From NCBI GenBank assembly GCA_963843375.1, contig CAWJKT010000003.1, forward strand, positions 32,001-96,000: a stretch of 64,000 bases of DNA. The letters are read 5' to 3'. The notes beneath the pieces are model-generated. The model was not told where the DNA came from. It searched no databases and saw only the letters and a program-made list of their open reading frames with translations. Source of the DNA: an uncultured Pseudomonadota bacterium (GTDB lineage: Bacteria; Oederibacteriota; Muellerivitia; Muellerivitales; Muellerivitaceae). The translations under genes were made by a program, and so were the position numbers. Every line of letters begins with the position of its first letter. The stretch's first letter is position 1. Shown here in pieces: positions 42,879-53,954 of the stretch.

Positions 42879-43559
42879 ATGGAAATCCTCAAAGTTGAAA
42901 ACGCAACTAAGACTTACCATATGGAGGGCGAGGAGGTTCGCGCTCTCCGGGAGGTCAGCTTTTCTTTGGATGCTGGCGATATTACGGTCATTCTTGGACC
43001 TTCTGGTTCAGGGAAAAGCACCCTTTTAACTCTTATGGGGGGATTGGGCAGTCCATCCGAGGGAAAAGTCTATTGCAAGGGAAAATCCCTTTACGACATG
43101 AATAGTGAGGATTTGGCCTTTTGGCGAAACAAGCTTTTTGGGTTCATATTTCAATTCCACCACTTGATGCCAGAACTCACGGCGTTGGAGAATGTAATCT
43201 TGCCGGGACAAATCGCCCGCAAGGAATTTGAGGAATGCCGGGAAAGGGCCGAGAAGTTGCTGGCCCATGTCGGGTTGCGGAATAGAATGCTGCACAAACC
43301 CGGTGAATTATCGGGTGGGGAACAACAGAGGGTGGCCGTGTGCCGGGCTCTGATGAATGAACCTGAAATCATCCTGGCTGACGAACCAACCGGCAATCTG
43401 GACTTCAAAACGGCGGAAGGTATCCATGATGTTCTTTGGGAATTATGCCAAAAAGAAGGACGAACTCTCATTGTCGTGACGCATTATGAACCCTTGGCTA
43501 AACGGGCGGATCACATATTGACCCTCAATGCCGGACAAGTTGTTAAGAAAAGAACTTAA
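42879..43559 (+). CDS. lolD: Lipoprotein-releasing ABC transporter ATP-binding protein
   Basis: GPSGSGKST, 'FIFQFHHL', LSGGEQQR, 'ADEPTGNLD'; follows lolC/E. Confidence 0.92.
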   Translation: MEILKVENATKTYHMEGEEVRALREVSFSLDAGDITVILGPSGSGKSTLLTLMGGLGSPSEGKVYCKGKSLYDMNSEDLAFWRNKLFGFIFQFHHLMPELTALENVILPGQIARKEFEECRERAEKLLAHVGLRNRMLHKPGELSGGEQQRVAVCRALMNEPEIILADEPTGNLDFKTAEGIHDVLWELCQKEGRTLIVVTHYEPLAKRADHILTLNAGQVVKKRT

Positions 43560-43581
43560 GCTATTCACTCCGGGAGTTTAT

Positions 43582-44148
43582 ATGATTTGTCAAAGATGCC
43601 AGCAACGCCAAGCCACGGTTTTCTTCTCACAAACAATAGGCAATCAAACGACTCAAGCTCACTTGTGCGAGGTATGCGCCCAGGAGCAAACCCAGAGTAA
43701 TGGAGGCATGAGCGCTTTTGCTCTTAACCCCTTTGCGGCTCTTTCGGATTTTCTGAATAACTTCATGAATTGGAATGAGGGTGCCATTACTGAGGTGAAT
43801 TCGGGAAGAGCGGGGTCGGTGGCCGTCGATCCCCAACTTCAATGCCCCTTTTGCGGTTACCAACTTTCAACTTTTCGGCAAAACGGGCGATTGGGGTGTA
43901 CCAAGTGTTATGAATCTTTTAAGGGATCCCTACAGCCCTTGATTTCTAGCATTCACGGTAATGTCCAACATGTGGATGAGACTTCGGATGTGAAGAAACC
44001 CGAAAACCAAATGTCGGGTTCGAGTGAAACTTATTCGAGTCCTGAAATTAAGGTTTTGAGGGAGAAACTGAAACAACTCATTATGAACGAAAAGTTCGAG
44101 GAAGCGGCCCGTTTGAGGGATCAAATCAAAAATCTGGAGAATAACTGA
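43582..44148 (+). CDS. mcsA: McsA, activator of protein arginine kinase
   Basis: Four CxxC motifs (CQRC, CEVC, CPFC, 'GRLGCTKCY') and C-terminal UVR motif 'EKFEEAARLRDQIK'. Confidence 0.93.
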   Translation: MICQRCQQRQATVFFSQTIGNQTTQAHLCEVCAQEQTQSNGGMSAFALNPFAALSDFLNNFMNWNEGAITEVNSGRAGSVAVDPQLQCPFCGYQLSTFRQNGRLGCTKCYESFKGSLQPLISSIHGNVQHVDETSDVKKPENQMSGSSETYSSPEIKVLREKLKQLIMNEKFEEAARLRDQIKNLENN

Positions 44149-44149
44149 C

Positions 44150-45211
44150 ATGGCTTTCGAGGATTTGTTGGCATGCCAGGATGATTGGTTTTTGAAAAAA
44201 GGGCCTTCTTGCGACGTGGTTGTTTCCAGTCGGGTACGGCTTGCGCGCAACTTGGAAGGCAAAAAATTTCCCCATCATGCCAGTGCTATTGAGCAAAAGC
44301 TGGTGGTGGATGAGGTCCAAGCCGCAGTTGGGACATTATCACAGGCTACCGGCCTCAAATTTGTTCGGTTGAATGAGATTTCATCCCTTGACCGCCAATT
44401 TTTGACCGAACACCAGCTTATTTCCGCTGAACACGCGGCCAGTCTGGGGGAAAGGGCGGTGGCTTTTGATCCCAAGGAAGGATTGAGTTTTCTCATCAAC
44501 GAAGAGGACCACTTGAGGTTGCAGGCCTTTCGGACAGGATTGAACCTGAAGGAAGCGTTCCAGTATTTGTCTCAAATCGACAAAGCGCTCAGCCAAAAGC
44601 TCCAATATGCCAAGGACACGCAATTAGGATATTTGACCGCTTGTCCTACCAACCTGGGAATGGCATTGCGGGCCAGCGTGATGCTCCATCTTCCGGCCTT
44701 GGTTTATACCAACCGGGCGGCCCAAGTTTTTCAGGGGGTAACCCAGGTAGGGTTAACGGTCCGGGGACTTCAAGGGGAAACCACCCAGGTGGCCAGCGCT
44801 TTTTTCCAAATTTCTAACCAATCCTCACTCGGCAAGAGAGGGGCGGAGATCGTTGACCATGTGGATCGAGTCGCGCATCAACTAGTTGAAGTTGAGTTGC
44901 AGACCCAAAAAGCAGTTTTTCAACAGGAAGGGTTAAAGCTTCAGGACCGCATTTGCCGTGCTCTAGGCACCCTTCGCAGCGCGAAAATTATCAGTCTCCA
45001 GGAAGCTTTGGACGGACTTTCAGCTATCCGGGTTGGAGTTGAACAAAAGATTTTAACTGGAATCGACTTGCCAAAACTCAACAGTCTTCTGATCATGATT
45101 CAACCGGCCCACTTGGCTAAGATCGCCGCCCGGGAGTTGAACTCCGAGCAAGAAGCGATGGAAAGAGCCAAGATTTTAGGGACGTATTTGAAGACTGCTG
45201 AAGGCGCCTAA
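44150..45211 (+). CDS. mcsB: Protein arginine kinase McsB
   Basis: 'SSRVRLARNL', 'INEEDHLRLQ', 'GYLTACPTNLG', 'FQISNQ'. Confidence 0.95.
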   Translation: MAFEDLLACQDDWFLKKGPSCDVVVSSRVRLARNLEGKKFPHHASAIEQKLVVDEVQAAVGTLSQATGLKFVRLNEISSLDRQFLTEHQLISAEHAASLGERAVAFDPKEGLSFLINEEDHLRLQAFRTGLNLKEAFQYLSQIDKALSQKLQYAKDTQLGYLTACPTNLGMALRASVMLHLPALVYTNRAAQVFQGVTQVGLTVRGLQGETTQVASAFFQISNQSSLGKRGAEIVDHVDRVAHQLVEVELQTQKAVFQQEGLKLQDRICRALGTLRSAKIISLQEALDGLSAIRVGVEQKILTGIDLPKLNSLLIMIQPAHLAKIAARELNSEQEAMERAKILGTYLKTAEGA

Positions 45212-45351
45212 CCCGGTTGAACCCTGACTGTTGAGGTCGGTGGCAAAGCCTTGTAGCCCTTCCTTGTTTCTCAATAATGACTGTAATCATTGATTTATGG
45301 GCCTGATTCAGTTGAAATAGGCCACAGAGCCAATCTCTTAAGGAGAAAGCC

Positions 45352-47804
45352 ATGTTTGAACGCTTTACGGAACGCGCCAAAAAAGTCATTAATCCGCTGG
45401 CGAAAGAAGAAGCCCGCCGGTTAAATCATAATTTTATAGGAACCGAACACCTTTTGCTGGGTCTAATCCGTGAGGGGGGCGGAGTCGCCGTTGCCGTCTT
45501 GGAATCCCTGGGAGTGGACTTGGAATCGGTTCGCATTGAAGTAGAAAACTTGACGACCCCTTCTTCGGATACTTTAACCATTGGGGACCCGCAATTTACG
45601 CCCTCCGCCAAAAAGGTGTTGGAATTGGCTGCTGAGGAATCCCAAAAGCTCGGGCATAACTATATTGGTACCGAACACTTGCTACTGGGTCTGATCCAGG
45701 AAGGTGAAGGGGTAGCCGCCCGCGCCTTGGAAAACCTAGGAGTCACCTATGAGAAATCCCGCGACATGGTCATCAATCTTTTGGGCGGGACCTTCCCGAA
45801 GTTCTCAAAACAGGTTAAAAAATCTAAAACTCCGGCCCTTGATACTTTTGGCCGGGATTTAACACAAATGGCAAAAGACGGGAAATTGGATCCGGTTATC
45901 GGCCGCGAGGATGAGATCGAGCGGGTGATACAAATTCTTTCCCGCCGCACGAAGAACAATCCGGTACTTATAGGGGAACCCGGTGTCGGAAAAACAGCCA
46001 TTGCCGAAGGCTTGGCCCAAAGGATTAAAGAGGGGAATGTTCCAGAGCTTCTCTTGGATAAGCGTATCGTGACCTTGGATTTGGCCGCCTTAGTGGCCGG
46101 GACTAAATATCGCGGAGAGTTTGAAGAACGTTTGAAAGCCGTGATCAATGAAATTCGACAATCGGGAAAAGTTGTTCTATTTCGTGGATGAGCTACATAC
46201 ATTGGTAGGCGCTGGAGCCGCCGAAGGCGCAATTGACGCTTCCAATATGTTAAAGCCAGCCTTGGCCCGGGGGGAATTGCAATGTATTGGAGCCACGACT
46301 CTTAATGAGTATCGAAAATATATTGAGAAGGATGGTGCTCTTGGAACGTCGGTTCCAAATGATCATGGTGGATGAGCCGTCGGTCGACGAAACAATTCAA
46401 ATCATCAAGGGCTTGAGGGACCGCTACGAAGCCCATCACCGGGTGCGCATCACGGATGACGCCATCGTGGCTTCGGCCCAACTTTCCCATCGTTATATCT
46501 CTGGTCGGTTCCTTCCGGATAAAGCTATCGATTTGATCGATGAGGCGGGAAGTCGCACTCGTCTTCGCATTACAACGATGCCTCCCGAAATTCGAACACT
46601 AGATAAAGAAGTTGAAAAGATTAAACAGGAGAAGGAAGAGGCCATTAAGACCCAGGAGTTCGAAAGGGCGGCCGATCTTCGGGACAAAATGAAAAAAATG
46701 CGCCAGAAATTGCAGGAAGAAAAAGAAAAATGGGAAAACATGAAGTCTAAGGAAGAGGCGGTGGTTACTTGGGAAGACATTGCTTATGTCGCTTCTAAGT
46801 GGACGGGTATTCCTATGATCAAATTGGGTGAAAAAGAAAGTGAAAAGCTTTTGCGGATGGAAGAGGAGCTTCACAAGCGAGTGGTGGGGCAGGAGGAAGC
46901 CATCGTAGCTGTTTCCAAGGCTATCCGCCGTAGCCGGGCGGGAATTGGAAATCCCAAAAAGCCCATCGGGAGCTTCATGTTTATGGGCCCGACGGGTGTT
47001 GGAAAAACCGAATTGGCCCGGGCTTTGGCGCAGTTCCTTTTTGACGATGAAGACGCCTTGATCCGTTTTGATATGAGCGAGTATATGGAGAAGTTCAACG
47101 TGTCGCGCCTGGCAGGGGCTCCCCCGGGATATGTGGGTCACGACGAGGGTGGCCAATTGACTGAGAAGGTTCGTCGGAAACCCTATAGCGTGGTTCTTTT
47201 CGATGAGATTGAAAAGGCTCATCCGGAAATTTTTAACGTTATGTTGCAGATCCTAGAGGATGGGCGTTTGACTGATAGTTTGGGACGCGTAGTGGACTTT
47301 CGTAATACGGTTGTCATTATGACAAGCAACCTGGGCGCACGGGAAATGGGGATCGAGAAGAACTTGGGTTTCAACCCGGATGGAGCGGAAATGTCATTTG
47401 GAAGCATGAAATCTAAGATCCAAACCGAATTGAAAAAAGCCTTTAATCCTGAGTTTTTGAATCGGGTAGATGACATTATAGTTTTCCATCCTCTGGAAAA
47501 GTCCCATATCGAAAAGATCGTGGACATACAACTTGAGGACGTTCAAACACGTCTAAAGGATAAGAGCATTACGCTGGCGCTGGAAGCCTCCGCTCGAGAT
47601 TTCTTAATCGAGAAGGGTTATGACAAGGTCTATGGAGCCCGCCAGATGAAACGGACGATCCAAAAGTACGTGGAGGACGCTTTGGCCGAAGAACTATTGC
47701 GCGGAAACATCAAAGAAGGCGCCAGTGTGGTTTTGAAATCGGCTGGCGACAGATTGGATTTTGTTTCCGGCGAGGTCAGGCCCGCGTCTGCCGCTACTGT
47801 TTGA
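45352..47804 (+). CDS. clpC: ATP-dependent Clp protease ATP-binding subunit ClpC (apparent indels about 46180 and 46340)
   Basis: 'MFERFTERA', two Clp-N repeats ([10 protein letters not shown]), [11 protein letters not shown] '[10 protein letters not shown]', GPTGVGKT, 'LGF' ClpP-binding loop. Confidence 0.97.
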
Positions 47805-47817
47805 AACGAGGTAGGGC

Positions 47818-50800
47818 ATGATAGCGAAGCCTGAAGCCGATTCCGGCTTCGCAAAGGCCGCTCCGGTTAAGAAGGGTAAGCCGGGAAGATTCCGACGTCT
47901 TCGCTGGATTCTTGCGATATTAGGTCTTCTCACCGGCGCTTTCATATTTTTTCAATATCGTATCGTCGATACTGAACTACGTCCCATTATCGAAAAACAG
48001 CTGGCCCAAGCCGTTCATTCACCTGTTACCATCGGTTCGGTCAGGGCCGGACTTACCGGGAACGTCGTCTTAAACCATGTGTCACTTTCGTCCCTGGAAG
48101 TCCCTGGGAAAGCCGCATAACCGTAGACCAAATATCCGTTAGCGTGGATTTGCTCAGTCTGTTGTTTCACCGCAAGCCACTGGAAAACTGTTTTGAAAGT
48201 CTTTCCTTCATTCGTCCTGACATTGTGCTCGTCAAAAAAGAAACTCTTCCAGGGCTTTCGGCTGCTCAAGGAGTTTCAGTCACCTCCCCAGCGGTAACCG
48301 TTCCTATCCCGGTGTTTCCTGTACCCAAGATTTCAATCCGAGAAGGTTCGTTTTCAATCCAGGCGGAAAAAACACCCCGGGAAGTTCTTCGAGGCTTAAT
48401 TTTAACGCTTCCACCGATAAGGGCGCGATTTGGGGGCTTTCGCTTCTTGCCCATTCTCCTGAAATCGGAAGCCAGGGAATCATCCAATTTGACGGTAGTC
48501 TTCGCTTGGAAGATTTGAGAGTCCGGGGAGTCACGAAATTACATCAGTGGCCCCTTGCCTCAACTGGCTCGACCTTAAAAGATACAACCGGTTGGGAATT
48601 ATCGTCGGGAACGATTGACATGGAATCACCGGTGGTCCTTCCAACCGGGCCGGCCTATTTGGTTTGACGCCAAGGCCGATTTGTCGCAAGCGGTCCTTAA
48701 ATCCCCTGATCCCGTTGGGATCACGTTTGCCCAAATCACCGGACGGGCTCTCATTCGCCCCAACGAGTTGAGTGTCCCGGGTGAAATAAAATTCCAAGTT
48801 GGGGAGACTCTTTGGCGAGCTTCCGGATTCATCCCCTTCGATGGCAGGCCTCTTTCCGTTCATACCTTCAACGGATGAGTTGTTTCTTTCGAGCGTTTTT
48901 GAGGACATTTTGAAATTGAAGGACATGAAAGCCGGTGGAAAAGGTTCTGCCACATTATCGGTAGCCGGAACCTTCTCAAATCCAATTATTGATGGAACGG
49001 CCGAATTAGGCCCTTCCAGTGTGGGGGACTGGCAATTGGATTCCCTTTCCGTGAAGGCCGGTTATGAAAACGGTCAGTTCTTGTTGAAAGAGGCTGAGGG
49101 TAAGCTTTACGAGGGGAGCCTTACGGCCAATGGTTTCTTGGGTTTATCGGGCCAACCCGACGCTCCCGTATCCCTTCATGTAAATTTAAAGGGAGTGGAA
49201 GCTGAAAAAGTGGCATCGACCTTGGGTATGTCCGGATACCACGGAAGGATCGACCAGGAATTTCTTTACAGCGGGCCTCTGTCTAATCCCACATACTCTT
49301 CCAGCGGTCAAATGGACCTAACCCGCACCTTAAGAAATTCCCTTTTCCACTACTCCATTACAAACAATGTCCAAATGAAGGATCAAAAGCTGCAAGTTAC
49401 CGCAAACATCAATGACAAGTCTCGTCTTGACTGCTTATTCGTTGAAAAATCAGAGAATTGGGAACTCCAGAAATTTTCAGTACAGGCTGGGAAAAAGGCT
49501 GTGAAATTGGTTGGAACCGGAATTTTGCCAAAATCGGACGACAAACCAATTCAGATCGAGGTTTCTGGAAAAGATATTTCCTTGGAGGATTTGCCATTTT
49601 TCAACGACCAATTCCAAGACATTACCGGTAAGGTTAATGTCGATGTCAAATTCGGTGGAACTAAAAAAGATCCGGTCGCCACCGCCCATCTTTCATCCGA
49701 GGAAGTTAGCTTGAAAGATTTAGACCCGGAACCTTTGGAAGTTTCCTTAACTTTGAATCCAAATCAGTTGATTTTCGACAAAATGGAAGTAGGGGAAAAC
49801 GGGGAGATTTTTTCAACTACCGGTTACCTGGGTTTTAGCCCCGATGCGCCTCTTGATTTGAAGATAATCGCTAATGGGGTTCCCATCCAAAACATCGCGG
49901 AAATTGGGGGCTGGAATAATCCACCCCAACCATTTGAAGGTTTGGTGACAGGTCACTTGCATATTTCGGGATTGGCCAAAAATCCGATCCTGGAAGGCGA
50001 CGATATCTCGGTTGATGATTTGAAAGTGGGGGATTGGCACGCCGATAAAGTACTGGCTTCATTGGCCCTTGATGAACAAGGAAAGCTCCACTTCAAAAAA
50101 ATAAAGCTGGATCAGGATTCAGGATCCCTGGCTGCTAGCGGAACCTGGGACACGAAGTCCCAACCGGGGATTCTGGCACTTCGTTTTTCCGCGAATGAAT
50201 TCCAGGTGGGGCAGGGGCCCTATCTTTCCGGTGACTTTCTTCTGGATGCCAAAACCACAGGCGATCCTTTCTGGCAAAACTGGGACGGTAATATCACGAC
50301 CGCTTCCATTACTTTGCGGGATTTGAAAAACAAAACTTATCATTTCACCGATTTTTCCATGGCGGCTGTTTTCGCGGATATGGTTCTAACGGGTAAATTA
50401 AAGCTGGGGAAGGCAATAGATGGATCGGCGGTTTTGGACGCATCCGGAACCACCGCTACCGTTCAAGCGGTTTTGAAGATCGTGCCTTCAAAACTTTCGG
50501 AAGTGCCAGAACTTACCCAGTTTTTGCCGGAATCCTTAAAAGTCGCGGGAAATATTTCGGGAGAAGTAAAACTTGAAAAAGGGACCCTGGATGAACTTCC
50601 GCTGGCGGGATCCTTTTTTGTTACGGATGGAAAAATTCAAAAGTACAGTTTTGACCGTATGGAATTCAAATTCAACGGCGGGAAAAAGACGATTTCGTCC
50701 AGCTTCACTCTGGCAAGGGGCTTGGCTACCTATAATCTTTCCGGAAATCTAGCGGGCACTCGCGCCATTTGGGACTCGGATAGCAAGATTGATGTGAATG

Positions 50801-53700
50801 GCCCCTTTGAAAGGGAAAAACTTCAAAATATCCTTGCCTTATTGGGGATTGATACTGAAAAACACAAGGTAGGGGGTGAAGTGAACGGGAACTTGTCGGT
50901 CACCGGGCTTTTAGCCGATCCTGTGGTTGGTTTTTCTATTACGGGGGAAAATTTAAGGTACGACAATAATATTGTCCCTGCCGCCGAATTGCATTTTTCC
51001 GTCGCCAATGGAAAACTCACTTTGGAGAAAAATAAGATTTCCCTATCGAAAGGGGAGGTGGAAATCGATCAGGGAAGCGCCTATCCCGATTCGCAGGACG
51101 CCAGCTTGTGGATAGTGGATTTATCCGGATCTACTAAGGATTTGCCCATAGGCCCGCTATTCAATTTTACCAGCCAAATTCATTTATCCGGACGTTGCGC
51201 GTTGGAATTGAAAGAGAACCGGCCGACTTTTGAGGGGGTACTTTCGGTGCTTGAGACCGGTACGGAAAGCAATAAACCAGTTCCTTTCGATCTGGCCCTG
51301 GATTACCGTCAAAAGGTTATCGATTTTAAGCCGATCGAGAGGACTAACGCCCAGTTGGTAGGGAGTTTGGATTTTTCCCAGGATGATAAGATTATTTTTA
51401 AAAATTTGCATCTAGTGAACACTATTGGTTCATTTTCCGTGAATGGAACCTTGGATTTTAATGGTCCTTGTGAATTGGTTTCGGACGCGAAAGATGTGCC
51501 CATACAAGAAGTTTGGAAATGGGTTTTTCCGAACTTTCCTTTAAGCGGAACAGGCAATTACCATCTTATCTTGAACGGAACCTTAGACGACCCTTTGTTC
51601 ACCACTTCCGTGTCCGTTTCAAATGGCCAAATAGGCGAGTTGAATTTTGACCTACTGGATGGTGAATTGAAATCCCACGACAACACTCTTTATTTCGGCG
51701 AAAAAGACAGCCCCCTCATGCTCAGTCGCAATGGACTTTTTACTTTTACGGTGGGCGGCAAAATGCCATTTGCCCTGACGAAGGCGAGCTGGCAGAAGGT
51801 TCAAAATCATGAAATGAATATAACGGCGAACATGGATCAGGGAGATTTCGGCATTGTGCTCTTAGCGGGGTTCGCAAAACAGGCGTCGGGAAAAATGGAC
51901 TTTTCAGCTCAAATTGGCGGAACCCTCGACAATCCAAATGTCGTCAGTATGGATTTGGATTTAAATAAATGCCGACTGGTTCCTGAGATCGTGGCGCAAT
52001 CCATAGAGGATATCAACGGGCGGATTAAAATTCGTAATAACCACTTGGGCGTGGAAGACTTAAATGGCCGGATTGGACAAGGCCGCGTTTTTATCACCTC
52101 GGATCCTGTGGACAAAAGCAAGATGGTTTTGGAAAATTTTATTCCGCAGTATTTGGACTTTCATGTTCGCACAATCGGAGATCATGGTCTGTGGCTTAGT
52201 ATTCCAACCATCATGAAAAAGGGGGAATGGGGCGAAATTTATTTTTATGGCTCCAGTCCGAATGATGACATGCTCATTCAAGGACCATTGGATGAACCTC
52301 ACGTTATTGGAACGGCTTTCTTGGATACGGGGCATTTCACTTTCCCGCCCGAAGAGGCCCTGGATGAACACGGTCATAAAATTGAGTACAGGGAATTAGC
52401 GGGAGTTTATTTTCAGTTGAAATTGAAATCGGGCAAAAATACATGGTATTCCAATGATTTCGATACCCAATATTTGGAATTAAAAGTCGATCCCGGCGAT
52501 GAAATTTCTATTGAGGGGAAGGATTCAGACCGAACGGCTGACGAACCTGGAATTAAATGTGAGGGCGATGCCGGATCCAAACAAGGGTGGCTCCGCTATT
52601 TGGGACATGAGTTTCAACTGGAGGAGGCAACGATTCATATTCCAAAAGGGAAACCGCCGATCATTAAGGGGCGTGCGACGGACCGCCTCAAAAGCATCGA
52701 GGTTCCGTCGGCCGGAGGAGTTCAAAAGACCGACATGGATATCTGGGTAGATTTTTACGGAACTTTTGGGAAGATCGATTTCAACCTGGATTCAAATCCC
52801 CGATTCAGCATGACGGATAAAGATATACAACAAAAGTTACTCCTCTCTTATATCATGTTTGGCCGAGACATGACCGGTTACACAAGCCAGCAATTACAAC
52901 AGGCTTTTCAGCAAAATAACGGCCAGGTTGTTAGTGACACTCTTCTTCAGACATTTGACCGAATATCCTCAAGCTATGGTACCCAATTATTGCGGCCTCT
53001 AGGACAAGCCATAGGCGGGATTGATATTTCGGTTGAGGGAAATGCCGCTAATGCTTTAGCTGGCAGCAATCCGAATAATTCGGCGGGCACCACCACGGGT
53101 GGAGTGTCCCAAGTAATTCCGGTCAGTCAGGCCAATAATGTGTCGGGAACCACAGTTCCAATAGTTCAAGTTAAGATCATAAAACCGATCAATAATAAGT
53201 TGTCCCTTTTAGCGGTTCCGGGCGTGAATCGAGATTACCTAACGGGAACTCCGGGCCTTCAAGGACAACTTGGCTTGCAATACGATTTTTCCCCCAAATT
53301 GGATCTAAATGCAACCACGGGTACGAATGATATTGGGGAGCCGGAAACGAGAGTGGTATTTGAACTTCACCAAACCTTGCCCGATATGATGGCACCTAAA
53401 AAAGGAGATACGGTTAAGCCCCATTTCGAAAGGACCGACGCATATTCCATTGGAACCGGCAAGTATCAGCTGAACTGGGAAACGGATAAGGTGACACTAA
53501 GTGAGGTGCGGATATGGGACGACAATGGACAAGTGGTCCAAGATATTCCCGAGAGGGGGCAGCACTCATACGACCATCAAATGGTTATTGACAAATTAAA
53601 TCCGAGGGAAAACTATAAGGTAGAAATTCTGGTTAAGGACCTAAATGAAAATGAAAATGAGACTAGCTTAAAAATTTCAGCTACGGAATCGGATGATTAA
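47818..53700 (+). CDS. tamB: TamB/AsmA-like translocation and assembly module protein (about 1950 aa; several apparent indels in 48100-48870)
   Basis: N-terminal TM anchor 'RWILAILGLLTGAFIFF'; repeated beta-taco motifs (GTFSNPIIDG, GTLDDP, GGTLDNP); DUF490-like region ('G.LRYLGHEFQL..A.I', 'LDSNP...LLSYIMFG'); immediately upstream of bamA. Confidence 0.8.
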
Positions 53701-53845
53701 CATTTCCAACTGATTGAAATTGATATTTTTGAAATGAAAATAGCCCGTTGACCTCCTCCGAAACGTCTATATATCTAGACAAATGCCACCTTGAAAGTGC
53801 CGGTGAAAAATCTTAATTCATCCGAGGTCTTTGTTTAAGTATTAT

Positions 53846-53874
53846 TTGCCGATTTCCGCGAGGCCTGCTAGAAT
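53846..53874 (+). promoter_or_regulatory. Putative sigma70 promoter of bamA
   Basis: TTGCCG (53846-53851), 17 bp with extended -10 TG, TAGAAT (53869-53874). Confidence 0.6.
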
Positions 53875-53954
53875 GCGCGTCTTTGCAAGGCTTTTGACGG
53901 TATTAAAGACCTGTTAAGAAATGCTTTTCTTAATCCGGAAGTGAAAGGTTTGTT

